A DNA stretch of 64,000 bases from Candidatus Poribacteria bacterium. GTDB taxonomy: Bacteria; Poribacteria; WGA-4E; WGA-3G. A model generated the notes under the pieces. That model worked only from the letters and a program-made list of their open reading frames with translations. It was not told the origin of the DNA and ran no database searches. Below are positions 19,440 to 28,997 of the stretch, in pieces. The translations under genes and the position numbers were made by a program. Where the stretch lies: positions 2,912,001-2,976,000 of the forward strand of contig OZ219753.1 in assembly GCA_964291315.2 (NCBI GenBank), read 5' to 3'. Numbering within the stretch: the first letter of the stretch is position 1; every line of letters starts with the position of its first letter.

Positions 19440-20086
19440 ACGAATGGATATTTGTTGAGTTAGAAGAAAAGTCAAACACAAAATTGGTTGATCATGAGTG
19501 GTGGACGAAGGCTAAGGGTGACAGTACCCTCTCTCGGCTGCCTATCGGTGAAACGGCAGATTTTGAGGGGCCTGATGGGAAAGTCAAATTCCGGATTATA
19601 GATGGTGCGATCGTGGTTTTCGGTACCAATGCTGCGGAATGGCCCAAGGCAGTCGAAGGCGTAGTTGTTGAAGGCAAAGCACAATTCATCTATTTTCTTC
19701 ACGCAACCGGATGGGAACAGGACGGCGTTCCGAGCTATCTGTTCGTGATGAACTACCGAGATGGGAAAAAGGAAGAACTTGAGATGATTTCGGGCTTCAA
19801 CTCTGATGATTGGTGCCACGATGATACACCGCTCCAAGACGATAACTCTGTCTGGGGATGGGTGATGAAAGAGGGTCCCCCTTGTGGACATGCAGGATTG
19901 ATTACGACGAAATGGGAAAACCCGCGCCCGGATATCTGGATCGATACCATAGATGTCGTTTCCCTGGAATTGGGGCCAGTCCCTGTCATCCCAGCTATTA
20001 CGCTGGGCGAAGCGACCCTTGATGTAGAACCGACGAGGAAATTGTCGGTTACTTGGGGGAGTTTGAAGGATGCACGTGGATTTTAA
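19349..20086 (+). CDS. Secreted hypothetical beta-sandwich protein with Poribacteria-type C-terminal tail
   Basis: Signal peptide, IYFLHATGW, KWENPRPD..I..I, tail VEPTRKLSVTWGSLK; start 19349 or 19355. Confidence 0.75.
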   Translation: MLMKLAKLFVLIALFGAVSFCFTTGIAAAVDEWIFVELEEKSNTKLVDHEWWTKAKGDSTLSRLPIGETADFEGPDGKVKFRIIDGAIVVFGTNAAEWPKAVEGVVVEGKAQFIYFLHATGWEQDGVPSYLFVMNYRDGKKEELEMISGFNSDDWCHDDTPLQDDNSVWGWVMKEGPPCGHAGLITTKWENPRPDIWIDTIDVVSLELGPVPVIPAITLGEATLDVEPTRKLSVTWGSLKDARGF

Positions 20087-20119
20087 GGGCAGGTGTTTGG
20101 TGATTGATTTACTAAAAAA

Positions 20120-20148
20120 TTGACTTTGTGTATTGGACATGCTATAAT
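20120..20148 (+). promoter_or_regulatory. Sigma70-type promoter of groEL
   Basis: TTGACT-17 nt-TATAAT with extended -10 TG. Confidence 0.65.
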
Positions 20149-20183
20149 TATAACAGCGATTTTTAAGTGCAATATCTTGCTTT

Positions 20184-20296
20184 ATAACTTGAGCTTGATA
20201 AATATTTGGTTCATCTTTGGGCAAAGAGAGCTCTTGCGCAGACTAACGGTCTATGCTATAAACAGAGGTTATCCAATCTTTTTAAGCTTAAGTTAT
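20184..20296. mobile_element. MITE-like element with terminal inverted repeats
   Basis: ATAACTTGAGCTTGA / TTAAGCTTAAGTTAT (13/15); related to 30467-30653. Confidence 0.55.
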
Positions 20297-20342
20297 TTTA
20301 TATTTAACATTACAACATTAAAACAGATATAGGAGGAATTCG

Positions 20343-21980
20343 ATGCCAGCAAAGCAAATTATTTTCGATGAAGAAGCGAGGGCGGCGCTCAAACGCGGTG
20401 CAGACACCCTCGCTGGTGCGGTGAAGGTAACTCTTGGCCCTCGCGGAAGAAATGTCGTGATTCAAAAATCTTTCGGTGCCCCGCTGGTAACTTGTGATGG
20501 TGTTACCGTCGCAAAAGAAATTGAACTCTCGGACCCATACGAAAATATGGGTGCTCAACTGCTTGAATCCATCGCAACGAAAACAAACGATGTGGCTGGA
20601 GATGGAACGACAACTGCAACCGTGTTGGGTCAGGAAATTCTTCATGAGGGGCTCAAGAATGTCACAGCCGGTGCTGATCCGATGCAGCTAAAAATCGGTA
20701 TAGACAAAGCTGTAACAGCTGCAGTTGACGCAATTGCTTCCCAGAGTCGTGCTGTTAGCACCCACGACGAAATCCTACAGGTCGCTTCAATAGCTGCAAA
20801 CGATCCTGCAAACGACAGCGACATTGGGACTATCGTTGCTGAAGCGATTGAAAAGGTTGGAAAAGATGGGGCGATTACTATTGAAGAGGGCAGAACTTCA
20901 GAAACTACAGTTGATATTGTGGAAGGAATGCAGTTTGACCGCGGTTTCCTGTCGCCAAACTTCGTAACGGATGTCCAGGAACAGGTTGTTGAATTTGAGA
21001 ATCCATATATTCTCATTAACACCGAGAAGATTAGTTCCGTCACGAACCTACTGCCGATTATGGAAAAGGCGATGCAGCTGGGTAGGCCTCTTTTCATTAT
21101 TGCCGAAGATGTTGAAGGAGAAGCACTCTCTACATTGGTAGTGAACAAACTTCGCGGAACGCTTCAGGTAGCTGCAGTGAAAGCCCCTGGCTTTGGGGAT
21201 CGACGGAAAGAGATCTTGGAGGACATCGCGATCCTTACAGATGGACAGGTCATATCCGAGGAAGCCGGCATCCGCTTGGAAAACATCGTTGTAGGTATGC
21301 TGGGTACAGCACGGCGTGTGGTCGTAGACAAGGACAACACCACGATTGTCGGCGGTAGTGGTGCCAAAGAGAATGTTGAGGGACGGGTAGCCCAGATTCG
21401 TAGACAAATAGAAGAGACAACTTCCGAATACGATCGCGAGAAGTTAGAAGAACGTCTCGCTAAGCTTGCTGGCGGTGTTGCTGTTGTTAATGTAGGAGCT
21501 GCTACGGAAGTGGAGATGAAAGAGAAAAAGGCGAGATTTGAAGACGCTCTGGCTGCAACGCGCGCCGCTATTGAGGAAGGGATCGTTCCGGGTGGCGGTA
21601 CGGCGCTTCTGCGAGCATCTGCAGCTCTCGGTTCCCTAGAATTAGAGGATGATCAAAATATCGGACTCAATATTATCCGGAGGAGTCTCCTCTCACCTGT
21701 GCGTGCGATTGCAGAGAATGCGGGATGGGAAGGGGCAGTGGTTCTCGCCAAGGTCCAAGAAGGCGAAGGTAGTTACGGCTTTGATGCATCAACATCTGAA
21801 TATGCAGACATGCTTGAATCAGGAATAGTAGATCCAACAAAAGTGGTCCGGTCGGCGCTACAGAACGCCTCTAGTATTGCCGGTTTGCTTCTGACTACCG
21901 AGACGCTCGTCACAGAGGTCGAGGAGCCGCCGGTTCCTGCTTCTGCTGCAGCTGATCCGCATGCGGGACACTTCCATTAG
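20343..21980 (+). CDS. groL: Chaperonin GroEL (Cpn60) with His-rich tail
   Basis: [48 protein letters not shown]; AGGAGG RBS. Confidence 0.97.
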   Translation: MPAKQIIFDEEARAALKRGADTLAGAVKVTLGPRGRNVVIQKSFGAPLVTCDGVTVAKEIELSDPYENMGAQLLESIATKTNDVAGDGTTTATVLGQEILHEGLKNVTAGADPMQLKIGIDKAVTAAVDAIASQSRAVSTHDEILQVASIAANDPANDSDIGTIVAEAIEKVGKDGAITIEEGRTSETTVDIVEGMQFDRGFLSPNFVTDVQEQVVEFENPYILINTEKISSVTNLLPIMEKAMQLGRPLFIIAEDVEGEALSTLVVNKLRGTLQVAAVKAPGFGDRRKEILEDIAILTDGQVISEEAGIRLENIVVGMLGTARRVVVDKDNTTIVGGSGAKENVEGRVAQIRRQIEETTSEYDREKLEERLAKLAGGVAVVNVGAATEVEMKEKKARFEDALAATRAAIEEGIVPGGGTALLRASAALGSLELEDDQNIGLNIIRRSLLSPVRAIAENAGWEGAVVLAKVQEGEGSYGFDASTSEYADMLESGIVDPTKVVRSALQNASSIAGLLLTTETLVTEVEEPPVPASAAADPHAGHFH

Positions 21981-22005
21981 AGCTATTCATCGATAGGTGT
22001 GCTTC

Positions 22006-22551
22006 TCAGGTGCACCTATCACTTTCCACGCTTTGTATCTGATAGCGCGGTTCCATCCCGCTGTCCCAATCACAATCGAGGCAGAACATTACCTTCGGGC
22101 TCAGATACTGAATGTTTTTTCCGTTGCACTCCGGACACACCTTTATCGGTTTTTCTACATTGCTATCATCTTCTTCAAAAATATTCAGATAATACACTTT
22201 CAACTGGCCGCGATAACGGTGCCCCATTGGGCAACGAACAGACTGAGAGCTAGCCTTCTCAAAACGTTCAATTGTCTCGCGAAGAAAGGTTAGACGGTGG
22301 TGGCAAATTGGACACGGATTCGGGATCAGCTCTTTTAGAATGAGCAAATCCGTATTCGCTTGTCCGACAGAGATTGGTAAGGCAAAGTGATGTGACATTT
22401 GCAAATGCGATACCCTTGGAGAACCGAGTTTTTCAGAAAGTTCTAAAATAACTTGGGCGTAGCTATCGGAACTTAGCACAATCTTTGCCGGTACCATCGT
22501 TCCACCTTTTAAACTGGAAAGAAGTCGATAAATACGTTTTAAAATGAGCAT
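22006..22551 (-). CDS. Hypothetical protein with two putative zinc ribbons
   Basis: CPICHH...CPMGH and CPECNG...CLDCDW; likely start MVPAK at ~22497 after AAAGGTGG. Confidence 0.65.
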   Translation of the reverse strand: MLILKRIYRLLSSLKGGTMVPAKIVLSSDSYAQVILELSEKLGSPRVSHLQMSHHFALPISVGQANTDLLILKELIPNPCPICHHRLTFLRETIERFEKASSQSVRCPMGHRYRGQLKVYYLNIFEEDDSNVEKPIKVCPECNGKNIQYLSPKVMFCLDCDWDSGMEPRYQIQSVESDRCT

Positions 22552-22577
22552 CGTCCACTATGCCTTTCTACGTAAAG

Positions 22578-23000
22578 TTAGACCCGCTTCTCCTCGCCTA
22601 TGGGGTCAGATGCAAGCGTTTGCCTCCCGCTTCCGGAGAGGGAGGATACCCCGCGTTGCGAACGGTATGCGTCTGTCGATTGCTTACGAAGCAAAATCAG
22701 GTCATTTCCGTCCCGCTCAATAACATCGTTTTTCACCAATGTTGTTTCGTACTTCCGCATACTTGACATGAACGTGATAGTGATTCGCGCTGTTGCTTCT
22801 AACTGTATTTTCCAACCTGTTGCCGTTTTTATCCGAGTAAACCGTTCACTAATATCGAGCGAGTGCATTTGCACAGCGTTGATGATAACGCCGCTCTCTG
22901 CTTGTGTCGAATTCTGGACCTCAACTGCACTTTCGTCCATAGTTTTCACTGCTATGTTTTGCTCCTTGTCTATAGAATTGAATTGAACATATTTTATCAT
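22578..23000 (-). CDS. Hypothetical protein
   Basis: Open frame with AAGGAG at ~22963-22968 and TTGACA-17-TAAAAT overlapping the listed ATG, so the true start is probably downstream (~22940). Confidence 0.55.
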   Translation of the reverse strand: MIKYVQFNSIDKEQNIAVKTMDESAVEVQNSTQAESGVIINAVQMHSLDISERFTRIKTATGWKIQLEATARITITFMSSMRKYETTLVKNDVIERDGNDLILLRKQSTDAYRSQRGVSSLSGSGRQTLASDPIGEEKRV

Positions 23001-23974
23001 AGCAGCTGCAGGCTGTCAAGATGACTTACGGGACCACAAATAAAAACTATTGACATTTCTCAGAGTAATGTTTACCGTACGAACAGTATTTTCTGAGAAG
23101 GTGCTGTCTCGTGAAAATGTGATCTTTTTACAAAAAGGGCTTGATTTTTAGGATACGAGATAGCGTTCTAAGCGTTAAATAAATTTCTTAGGAGGTCGTC
23201 TCGTACAAGCACACGTTATCAGATATGCGAAGACAATTTCTTATTGCTATAAGTGGTGGTCAAAGCGGCAGGAGCGTGCTATCCGATGCCGAAATAGAGC
23301 GGCAATCACTTTGAAGGGGACAGATGTGATCCTCCCGCTGAACATCATTTGCAGATTAACAGTTTTTTTGCCTGAATTGCGGATGACACGAATAACGCAG
23401 ATGATACGGAGTTTAAGAAGGCCTATCCGTACATCCGCATCAATACTTGATTCATGTGTTCCTTGCATTTTAGCGTGAAAAAGCAATATAATATAGGTAG
23501 GTGGGATGGAAGCTAAGTGATTACAGATATTAGGGTGAAAAATTGCAAATTGTGGAAATATAGTCGTGAAGTTAAATGCTAATACGAAAATGACAGGAAA
23601 CGAGCGATTCAAGATTGACTACGAGGATAAGCTGACCGAGAAGATCCTCGAATTTGAAGATTGGTTCTGGCAAAAATTGGTAAAAAGAATAGGATAAGAA
23701 AGAGTGGAAGAAAGGGGCATCAAGGTAGCTGTGACACCGTTGGTGAAGAATGGTGCCGGTTCTGAAATGTTTTGATCTATCTCTAAAAGATTTTGAGAAA
23801 AAGACTAGAAAACTTGTTGCCGTAGCTCTTGGCCACTAACACGATGTTGGATAAGAAACCCTAATCCTAAAAGTGGAAAATACTGGTTGGGAAAAATTTA
23901 GAACAGCACCTGCAAGTCATGGCAGCTGTGTTGCTTCCATCTGTGATGACAAAAGTTAGTGTTTGTGAAGGAAT

Positions 23975-24826
23975 ATGCGTCGTAATTACCACCTCCTTAT
24001 TCTTCTCTTTCCTGTCGTCTTTTGGCTTTTCTGTTTTTTTCTGGTTCCGCTCGTTTCAGTGCTCATTTACAGTTTCATAGAGCGCGGGACGTACGGTGGC
24101 GTGCGATGGATTTTTACCCTCGAAAACTACCAACGCCTGTTTGATGGACTGTATCTCGGTATCCTCTGGCGTTCAGTGTCGACAGCACTCGTCTGTACTG
24201 CAATTTGTCTGGTGCTGGGTTATCCATTTGCTTACTACTTGGCCTGCTATAAACCGAAACTTCGAAGTCTTTTATTATTCCTCGTTGTTGTTCCGTTCTG
24301 GACGAACTTCCTCATCCGCACGTACGCATGGATACTCATCCTACGCACAGAAGGGCTTCTGAATAGTCTTTTGGGGGTTGTGTTCCCTAATTGGGTCCCG
24401 TTGGAGCTACTGAATACCCCCTTGGCCGTACAGATAGGACTCGTCTATGGCTATCTTCCGTTCATGATACTCCCGTTGTATGCGGCCCTAGAGCAATTAG
24501 ATATGTCCTTGTTAGAAGCGGCGCAAGATCTAGGGGCATCACCACGCCATGCTTTTTGGCACGTAACCGTTCCGCTCAGCCTCCCCGGTATTCTAGCAGG
24601 ATCGATGCTGGTTTTTATTCCGACAGTAGGCGCGTTCCTGACCCCGGATTTACTCGGTGGTGGCAAAGTCAGTTATATCGGTAACGTAATCGAGCGCCAG
24701 TTCAAAACAGCCCGAGATTGGCCCTTCGGTTCTGCCCTTTCATTTATGTTGATGGGTATCGTGTTGGGTGGCACCGTGCTTTACTTCCGCGCTTTGCAGG
24801 GCAGTGAGGAATCGCGTGCGTCATAG
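23975..24826 (+). CDS. potB: Spermidine/putrescine ABC transporter permease
   Basis: PFWTNFLIRTYAW, YLPFMILPLY, EAAQDLGA loop, RDWPFGSAL. Confidence 0.9.
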   Translation: MRRNYHLLILLFPVVFWLFCFFLVPLVSVLIYSFIERGTYGGVRWIFTLENYQRLFDGLYLGILWRSVSTALVCTAICLVLGYPFAYYLACYKPKLRSLLLFLVVVPFWTNFLIRTYAWILILRTEGLLNSLLGVVFPNWVPLELLNTPLAVQIGLVYGYLPFMILPLYAALEQLDMSLLEAAQDLGASPRHAFWHVTVPLSLPGILAGSMLVFIPTVGAFLTPDLLGGGKVSYIGNVIERQFKTARDWPFGSALSFMLMGIVLGGTVLYFRALQGSEESRAS

Positions 24827-24832
24827 AATAAG

Positions 24833-25657
24833 GTGCGGTCCGGAAGTTGCTCCTATAGAGAAATTGCTATGAAACGGATTCTCGAAGCTAACATAAGTAT
24901 AGTGTATCTGTTCCTTTACGTTCCGATTGTGGCAATCGTTGTGTTTTCGTTCAACAGCGGCACACAGATTTCTGTCTGGCGTGGTTTTACATTGGGTTGG
25001 TATGCGAAACTATTTGAAAACGCAGCGTTATGGCGTGCCTGTCGGAACAGTCTAATTGTAGCGGGCATCGCGACAGGCATCGCGACAGGCATCGGAACAA
25101 CAACCGCCCTTGCTATAGAACGCCACCGTTTTCGTTTTCGAACCGCTCTCATACGCTGCCTCTACCTGCCTATCATCATTCCTGACATCGTCTTAGCAAT
25201 TGCGTTATTGACCTTTTACGTGCAAGTCCGTGTCCCGCTCGGTTTAATTACGGTGATTATCGCCCACGGTGTTTTCAATATCGCGTACGTTACCATCGTC
25301 GTCCGCGCACGCTTACAAGGCTATGACCAGACACTAGAGGAGGCGGCACATGATCTTGGTGCAAACGAGTGGCAGACGTTTTGGCGGATAACCCTTCCTC
25401 TCATCGCTCCCGGAATTATTGGCGGTGCGTTGCTTGCCTTCACGCTCTCTATTGATGACTTTGTTATCACTTTTTTCACCGCTGGCGTTGGTTACACAAC
25501 GTTATCTGTCTATATCTATTCGTTGCTCAAGTTCGGTATCACTCCTGAGATTAATGGCATTTCAACAATGCTGTTGGCACACTCTATTATGCTTATCATG
25601 CTTTTTTTGTGGTTTCAAGGACATACTGCTGCCAACAGTCAGAACACCCGATCATGA
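24833..25657 (+). CDS. potC: Spermidine/putrescine ABC transporter permease
   Basis: FLYVPI...FSFN, EEAAHDLGA, AFTLSIDDF, GITPEIN; likely start ATG 24869. Confidence 0.9.
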   Translation: MRSGSCSYREIAMKRILEANISIVYLFLYVPIVAIVVFSFNSGTQISVWRGFTLGWYAKLFENAALWRACRNSLIVAGIATGIATGIGTTTALAIERHRFRFRTALIRCLYLPIIIPDIVLAIALLTFYVQVRVPLGLITVIIAHGVFNIAYVTIVVRARLQGYDQTLEEAAHDLGANEWQTFWRITLPLIAPGIIGGALLAFTLSIDDFVITFFTAGVGYTTLSVYIYSLLKFGITPEINGISTMLLAHSIMLIMLFLWFQGHTAANSQNTRS

Positions 25658-25751
25658 AAACCGGTAGACTTATCTGTATGACCTACGAAATAATTAGGAA
25701 ATTTACGGAAGCTATGATATAATTGCTCCGTCTATACAACAGATCTAAAAG

Positions 25752-26834
25752 ATGATGCACTATTTCCGAACACACACAGAAATCAATCTGGGGGCAATTC
25801 GGCGGAACGCGGAAGCGCTAAAGGCGTATACCGGCAAACAACTTATCGCTGTTATAAAAGCGGATGCTTACGGACACGGGATGGTTCCCGTCGCGGAAAC
25901 ATTGTCTGCCGTTGCTGATATGTTTGCAGTCTCAACGACGGAAGAAGGGGTTGCACTTCGTCAGTCGGGTATCTCCAAACCTATTCTTATCCTGTTTAGC
26001 TCGTTCCCGGAAGAAATAGCGCGAATAGTTGAACATCAGTTGACACCAACAGTAGCTGATTGGGAATTCGCGAGTAGATTAAATAGGGCAGCACTGAGAA
26101 CTATAAATGTTCATGTTAATATCAACACTGGCATGAACCGGAGCGGTGTTCTCTGGACAGAGGCGGCGCAATTTCTGAGCAGACTCAAAACACTAGAACG
26201 GCTTGAAATTGAAGGACTGTTTACACACATGGCAACTGCGGGCGAAGCCGATAAAAGTTTTGTTTTCGTGCAGCTAAAACGTTTTTCAGCGATGTCTTCA
26301 AGCAGCAGAAAAATGTGTCATGTGGCCAACAGTGCCGCGGCCCTTGCAGTTTCGGCGTCGTATTTCGATGCGATCCGTCCAGGTTTGAGTTTATACGGCA
26401 TTTATCCTGCATCCGAAAAACCAATTGTGTTGGAACCCGCGCTTACATGGAAGACACGGATTGGATGGATAGGCACTGTTTCGCAAACAGAAGGCATAAG
26501 CTATGGTTTGACGTACAGAGCCTCGCGTCAGACCCGGGTCGCAATGGTAGAGGTAGGGTACGCGGATGGCTTTCCACGTGCGCTCTCTGTGAGCGGTCAG
26601 GTTTTAATCGATGGCCTCCGGTGCCCTATCGCCGGACGAGTCTGTATGGATGTAAGTGTGGTGGAACTCAGTGATGCGGCCGACGTATCTGTGGGTGATG
26701 AAGTGATCCTCATCGGCAAACACGGGAATGCAGAAATCACAGTTGATGAGTTTGCTCACCGTGCAGGAACGATTTCTTATGAGATACTGACACAGATAGG
26801 GCCGCGCGTGAAACGAGTTTTTAAAACATGTTAA
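25752..26834 (+). CDS. alr: Alanine racemase
   Basis: AVIKADAYGHG PLP lysine motif, NTGMNRSG, RPGLSLYG, GYADG, GRVCMD. Confidence 0.95.
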   Translation: MMHYFRTHTEINLGAIRRNAEALKAYTGKQLIAVIKADAYGHGMVPVAETLSAVADMFAVSTTEEGVALRQSGISKPILILFSSFPEEIARIVEHQLTPTVADWEFASRLNRAALRTINVHVNINTGMNRSGVLWTEAAQFLSRLKTLERLEIEGLFTHMATAGEADKSFVFVQLKRFSAMSSSSRKMCHVANSAAALAVSASYFDAIRPGLSLYGIYPASEKPIVLEPALTWKTRIGWIGTVSQTEGISYGLTYRASRQTRVAMVEVGYADGFPRALSVSGQVLIDGLRCPIAGRVCMDVSVVELSDAADVSVGDEVILIGKHGNAEITVDEFAHRAGTISYEILTQIGPRVKRVFKTC

Positions 26835-27763
26835 TCGCCCTGAAAAATATATCACTCTTTTTTGGTACAACGGCTGCGTTAGACAATCTCTCGTTAGAAG
26901 TGCAAGGCGGAGCTGTGGGTCTGCTCGGGCCGAACGGGGCTGGGAAAAGCACCTTGATTAAAGTACTACTCGGTTTCCTCAAGCCGAATCGGGGCACGGC
27001 AGAAGTATTTGGAATGGACATAGAGAAGCGTCCCTTGGAAATACGCAAGCAGATCGGATATATGCCAGAAGACGAATGCTTAATTCCGGGCATGACTGCT
27101 GTCCAGTTCGTCTCTTATGCAGGTGAACTCTGTGGAATGCCGAGACGTGACGCACTACAACGGGCACACGAAGTGCTTTATTACGTTGGGTTAGACGAGG
27201 AACGTTACCGAACGGTGGATGAATACTCAGCTGGAATGAAGCAACGTGTGAAATTAGCACAGACGTTGATACACGATCCAAAATTGCTGCTGCTTGACGA
27301 ACCGACGAACGGGATGGATACCACGGGTAGAGAGGAGATGCTAGAACTCGTTAAAGACATCGCTACAAACAAAGGCATCAATGTGGTTTTGTCCTCACAT
27401 CTGCTACCTGATGTAGAGTTCGCATGTGAGGAGATTATCACGCTTTCACACGGGAGCCTTGTTGCTCAAGGGCAGATAGACACACTTAAAAAGAACAAAG
27501 GGCACGCTTACGATTTGAAGATCATTGGGGACGTTGATACGTATATTGCTTCGCTAAAACGTCATAATTGCGGGATTGAAATGCTCCCGGGCAAACGTCT
27601 CCGGGTTACAGCCCAAAACGGTGAAAAGAGAGATACAAGATTTTTCTTTAAACTCGCTTATGAGACGGGGGTACAACTCCGCCAGCTGCGTGAGGTGAAG
27701 CATTCGTTGGAAGATATTTTCGCTGAGGTGATGAGTGTGGATTCACAACTCTTTAACGATTAA
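26828..27763 (+). CDS. ABC transporter ATP-binding protein (ABC-2 type)
   Basis: GPNGAGKST, YSAGMKQR, LLLDEPT, SSH. Confidence 0.92.
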   Translation: MLIALKNISLFFGTTAALDNLSLEVQGGAVGLLGPNGAGKSTLIKVLLGFLKPNRGTAEVFGMDIEKRPLEIRKQIGYMPEDECLIPGMTAVQFVSYAGELCGMPRRDALQRAHEVLYYVGLDEERYRTVDEYSAGMKQRVKLAQTLIHDPKLLLLDEPTNGMDTTGREEMLELVKDIATNKGINVVLSSHLLPDVEFACEEIITLSHGSLVAQGQIDTLKKNKGHAYDLKIIGDVDTYIASLKRHNCGIEMLPGKRLRVTAQNGEKRDTRFFFKLAYETGVQLRQLREVKHSLEDIFAEVMSVDSQLFND

Positions 27764-27830
27764 ATCTCACACGACATGCCGTTCCCCGCGGATGTTTTTT
27801 AAAGTGTAGCCAGAGGGATTTATTGAAGTT

Positions 27831-28976
27831 TTGAGCGCCCGAAATTTTACGTCTCTCTTAATGCCTTGGTTTTTAGCGGCAGCTATAACCGCTGCCAGCG
27901 AGGCAAACGAGATGCTCCGCATCGCTAGTATGGGGGGGACTCGTATTGCAACATCTGCTGAGGATGCAGGTATATTCGGAAATCCTGCATCGCTTGCGTC
28001 TGTTAAACACCATAACTTTGCCATTGGCATTGCTTTTGAAGGCCTCGGCTGGACAGAACTGCCCAAACAGGGTAGAGATCAATTCGCTGCTGAAGTTAAT
28101 ACAGTTTTATATCCGTCAGTCTATTATTCACATGCGTTTGGAGGGTGGGGAATCAGCGCCGGATACACGACTCGATTAACTAGCCTTGCAAATTTCACTA
28201 TCTCTGCGACCCGTGCTGACTACAACATTAACGCCCGTCTATTTTCTGCCAAAACCGACCTTATTACAGATTATTCGATGTTCCGTGAAGATAATTGGGT
28301 GCTCGGACTCAGTCGCAAGGTCGCCGGATCTATAGCCGGTGCCCGATTAAAATGGGTCGTCCAAGATGTAAAGACCGGGACAGTTGTTTCTACCCTGAAC
28401 CTTGCGGCACGGCATGGGCCTGATGTGGATGTGCATGCGCCGGAGCAACTGATTGAGGCAATTACGGAAGAATTGCAGTTCGGTGATCGGGTTCGGGATG
28501 TTGTCCATGAACATCAACCGACATTTGATAGGACAGTCAACCGATTGGAATTAGATATCGGTTGGCAACATGAGGTGTGGTTCGATGCACACAGCGTACA
28601 CCCGCCGCTACATGTAGGCATTCTCTTTGAAAATCTACTGCGGGCAGATTTAATAAAAAATGTGCCGTTCCGATTTGGTATGGGGTTCGCTTATGAACCT
28701 CTGAAATGGATTGCAGTGGGAGCGGATCTCTGGCCGGATGTCGGACAGAGCGGGCCCAGTTTCGCTATTGGTACCGAATTACACAAAACTTGGGACGGTG
28801 GAACGCCAACAACAGGTGCGCTCCGCATTGGTGTGGGACGTGCGAATTCGGCACTGCATTTTTCAGCTGGCGCGGGGTTAAGGCTTGGCACTACCTATTT
28901 GGAATACACAGTAGAATTCGGAAATTTCACTTTTGAATCAAACCGACATCTAATTGCGTTCACCCTACGATCCTAA
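27831..28976 (+). CDS. Putative outer-membrane beta-barrel protein (PorV/FadL/TraF-like)
   Basis: SMGGT..A...DA..IFGNPA N-terminal motif, alternating amphipathic strands; start uncertain. Confidence 0.55.
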   Translation: MSARNFTSLLMPWFLAAAITAASEANEMLRIASMGGTRIATSAEDAGIFGNPASLASVKHHNFAIGIAFEGLGWTELPKQGRDQFAAEVNTVLYPSVYYSHAFGGWGISAGYTTRLTSLANFTISATRADYNINARLFSAKTDLITDYSMFREDNWVLGLSRKVAGSIAGARLKWVVQDVKTGTVVSTLNLAARHGPDVDVHAPEQLIEAITEELQFGDRVRDVVHEHQPTFDRTVNRLELDIGWQHEVWFDAHSVHPPLHVGILFENLLRADLIKNVPFRFGMGFAYEPLKWIAVGADLWPDVGQSGPSFAIGTELHKTWDGGTPTTGALRIGVGRANSALHFSAGAGLRLGTTYLEYTVEFGNFTFESNRHLIAFTLRS

Positions 28977-28997
28977 CTCACGGAGGTAATCTCTGGT

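Noticed and set aside
20149-20175. CIRCE element upstream of groEL
   Set aside because: Only a weak half-site (AAGTGCAA); no TTAGCACTC arm
23265-23325. Glycine riboswitch (GGAG...GCCGAA...GGACAG)
   Set aside because: Lacks the conserved CUCUCAGG/UCAGG segment and a second aptamer
25071-25093. Short tandem repeat GGCATCGCGACA in potC
   Set aside because: In-frame 12-nt unit encoding GIAT in a transmembrane helix; too short to imply a switch
27932-27938. G7 tract in the putative barrel gene as a second phase-variation site
   Set aside because: Frame is intact (Met-Gly-Gly-Thr in a conserved-looking motif); no evidence of slippage
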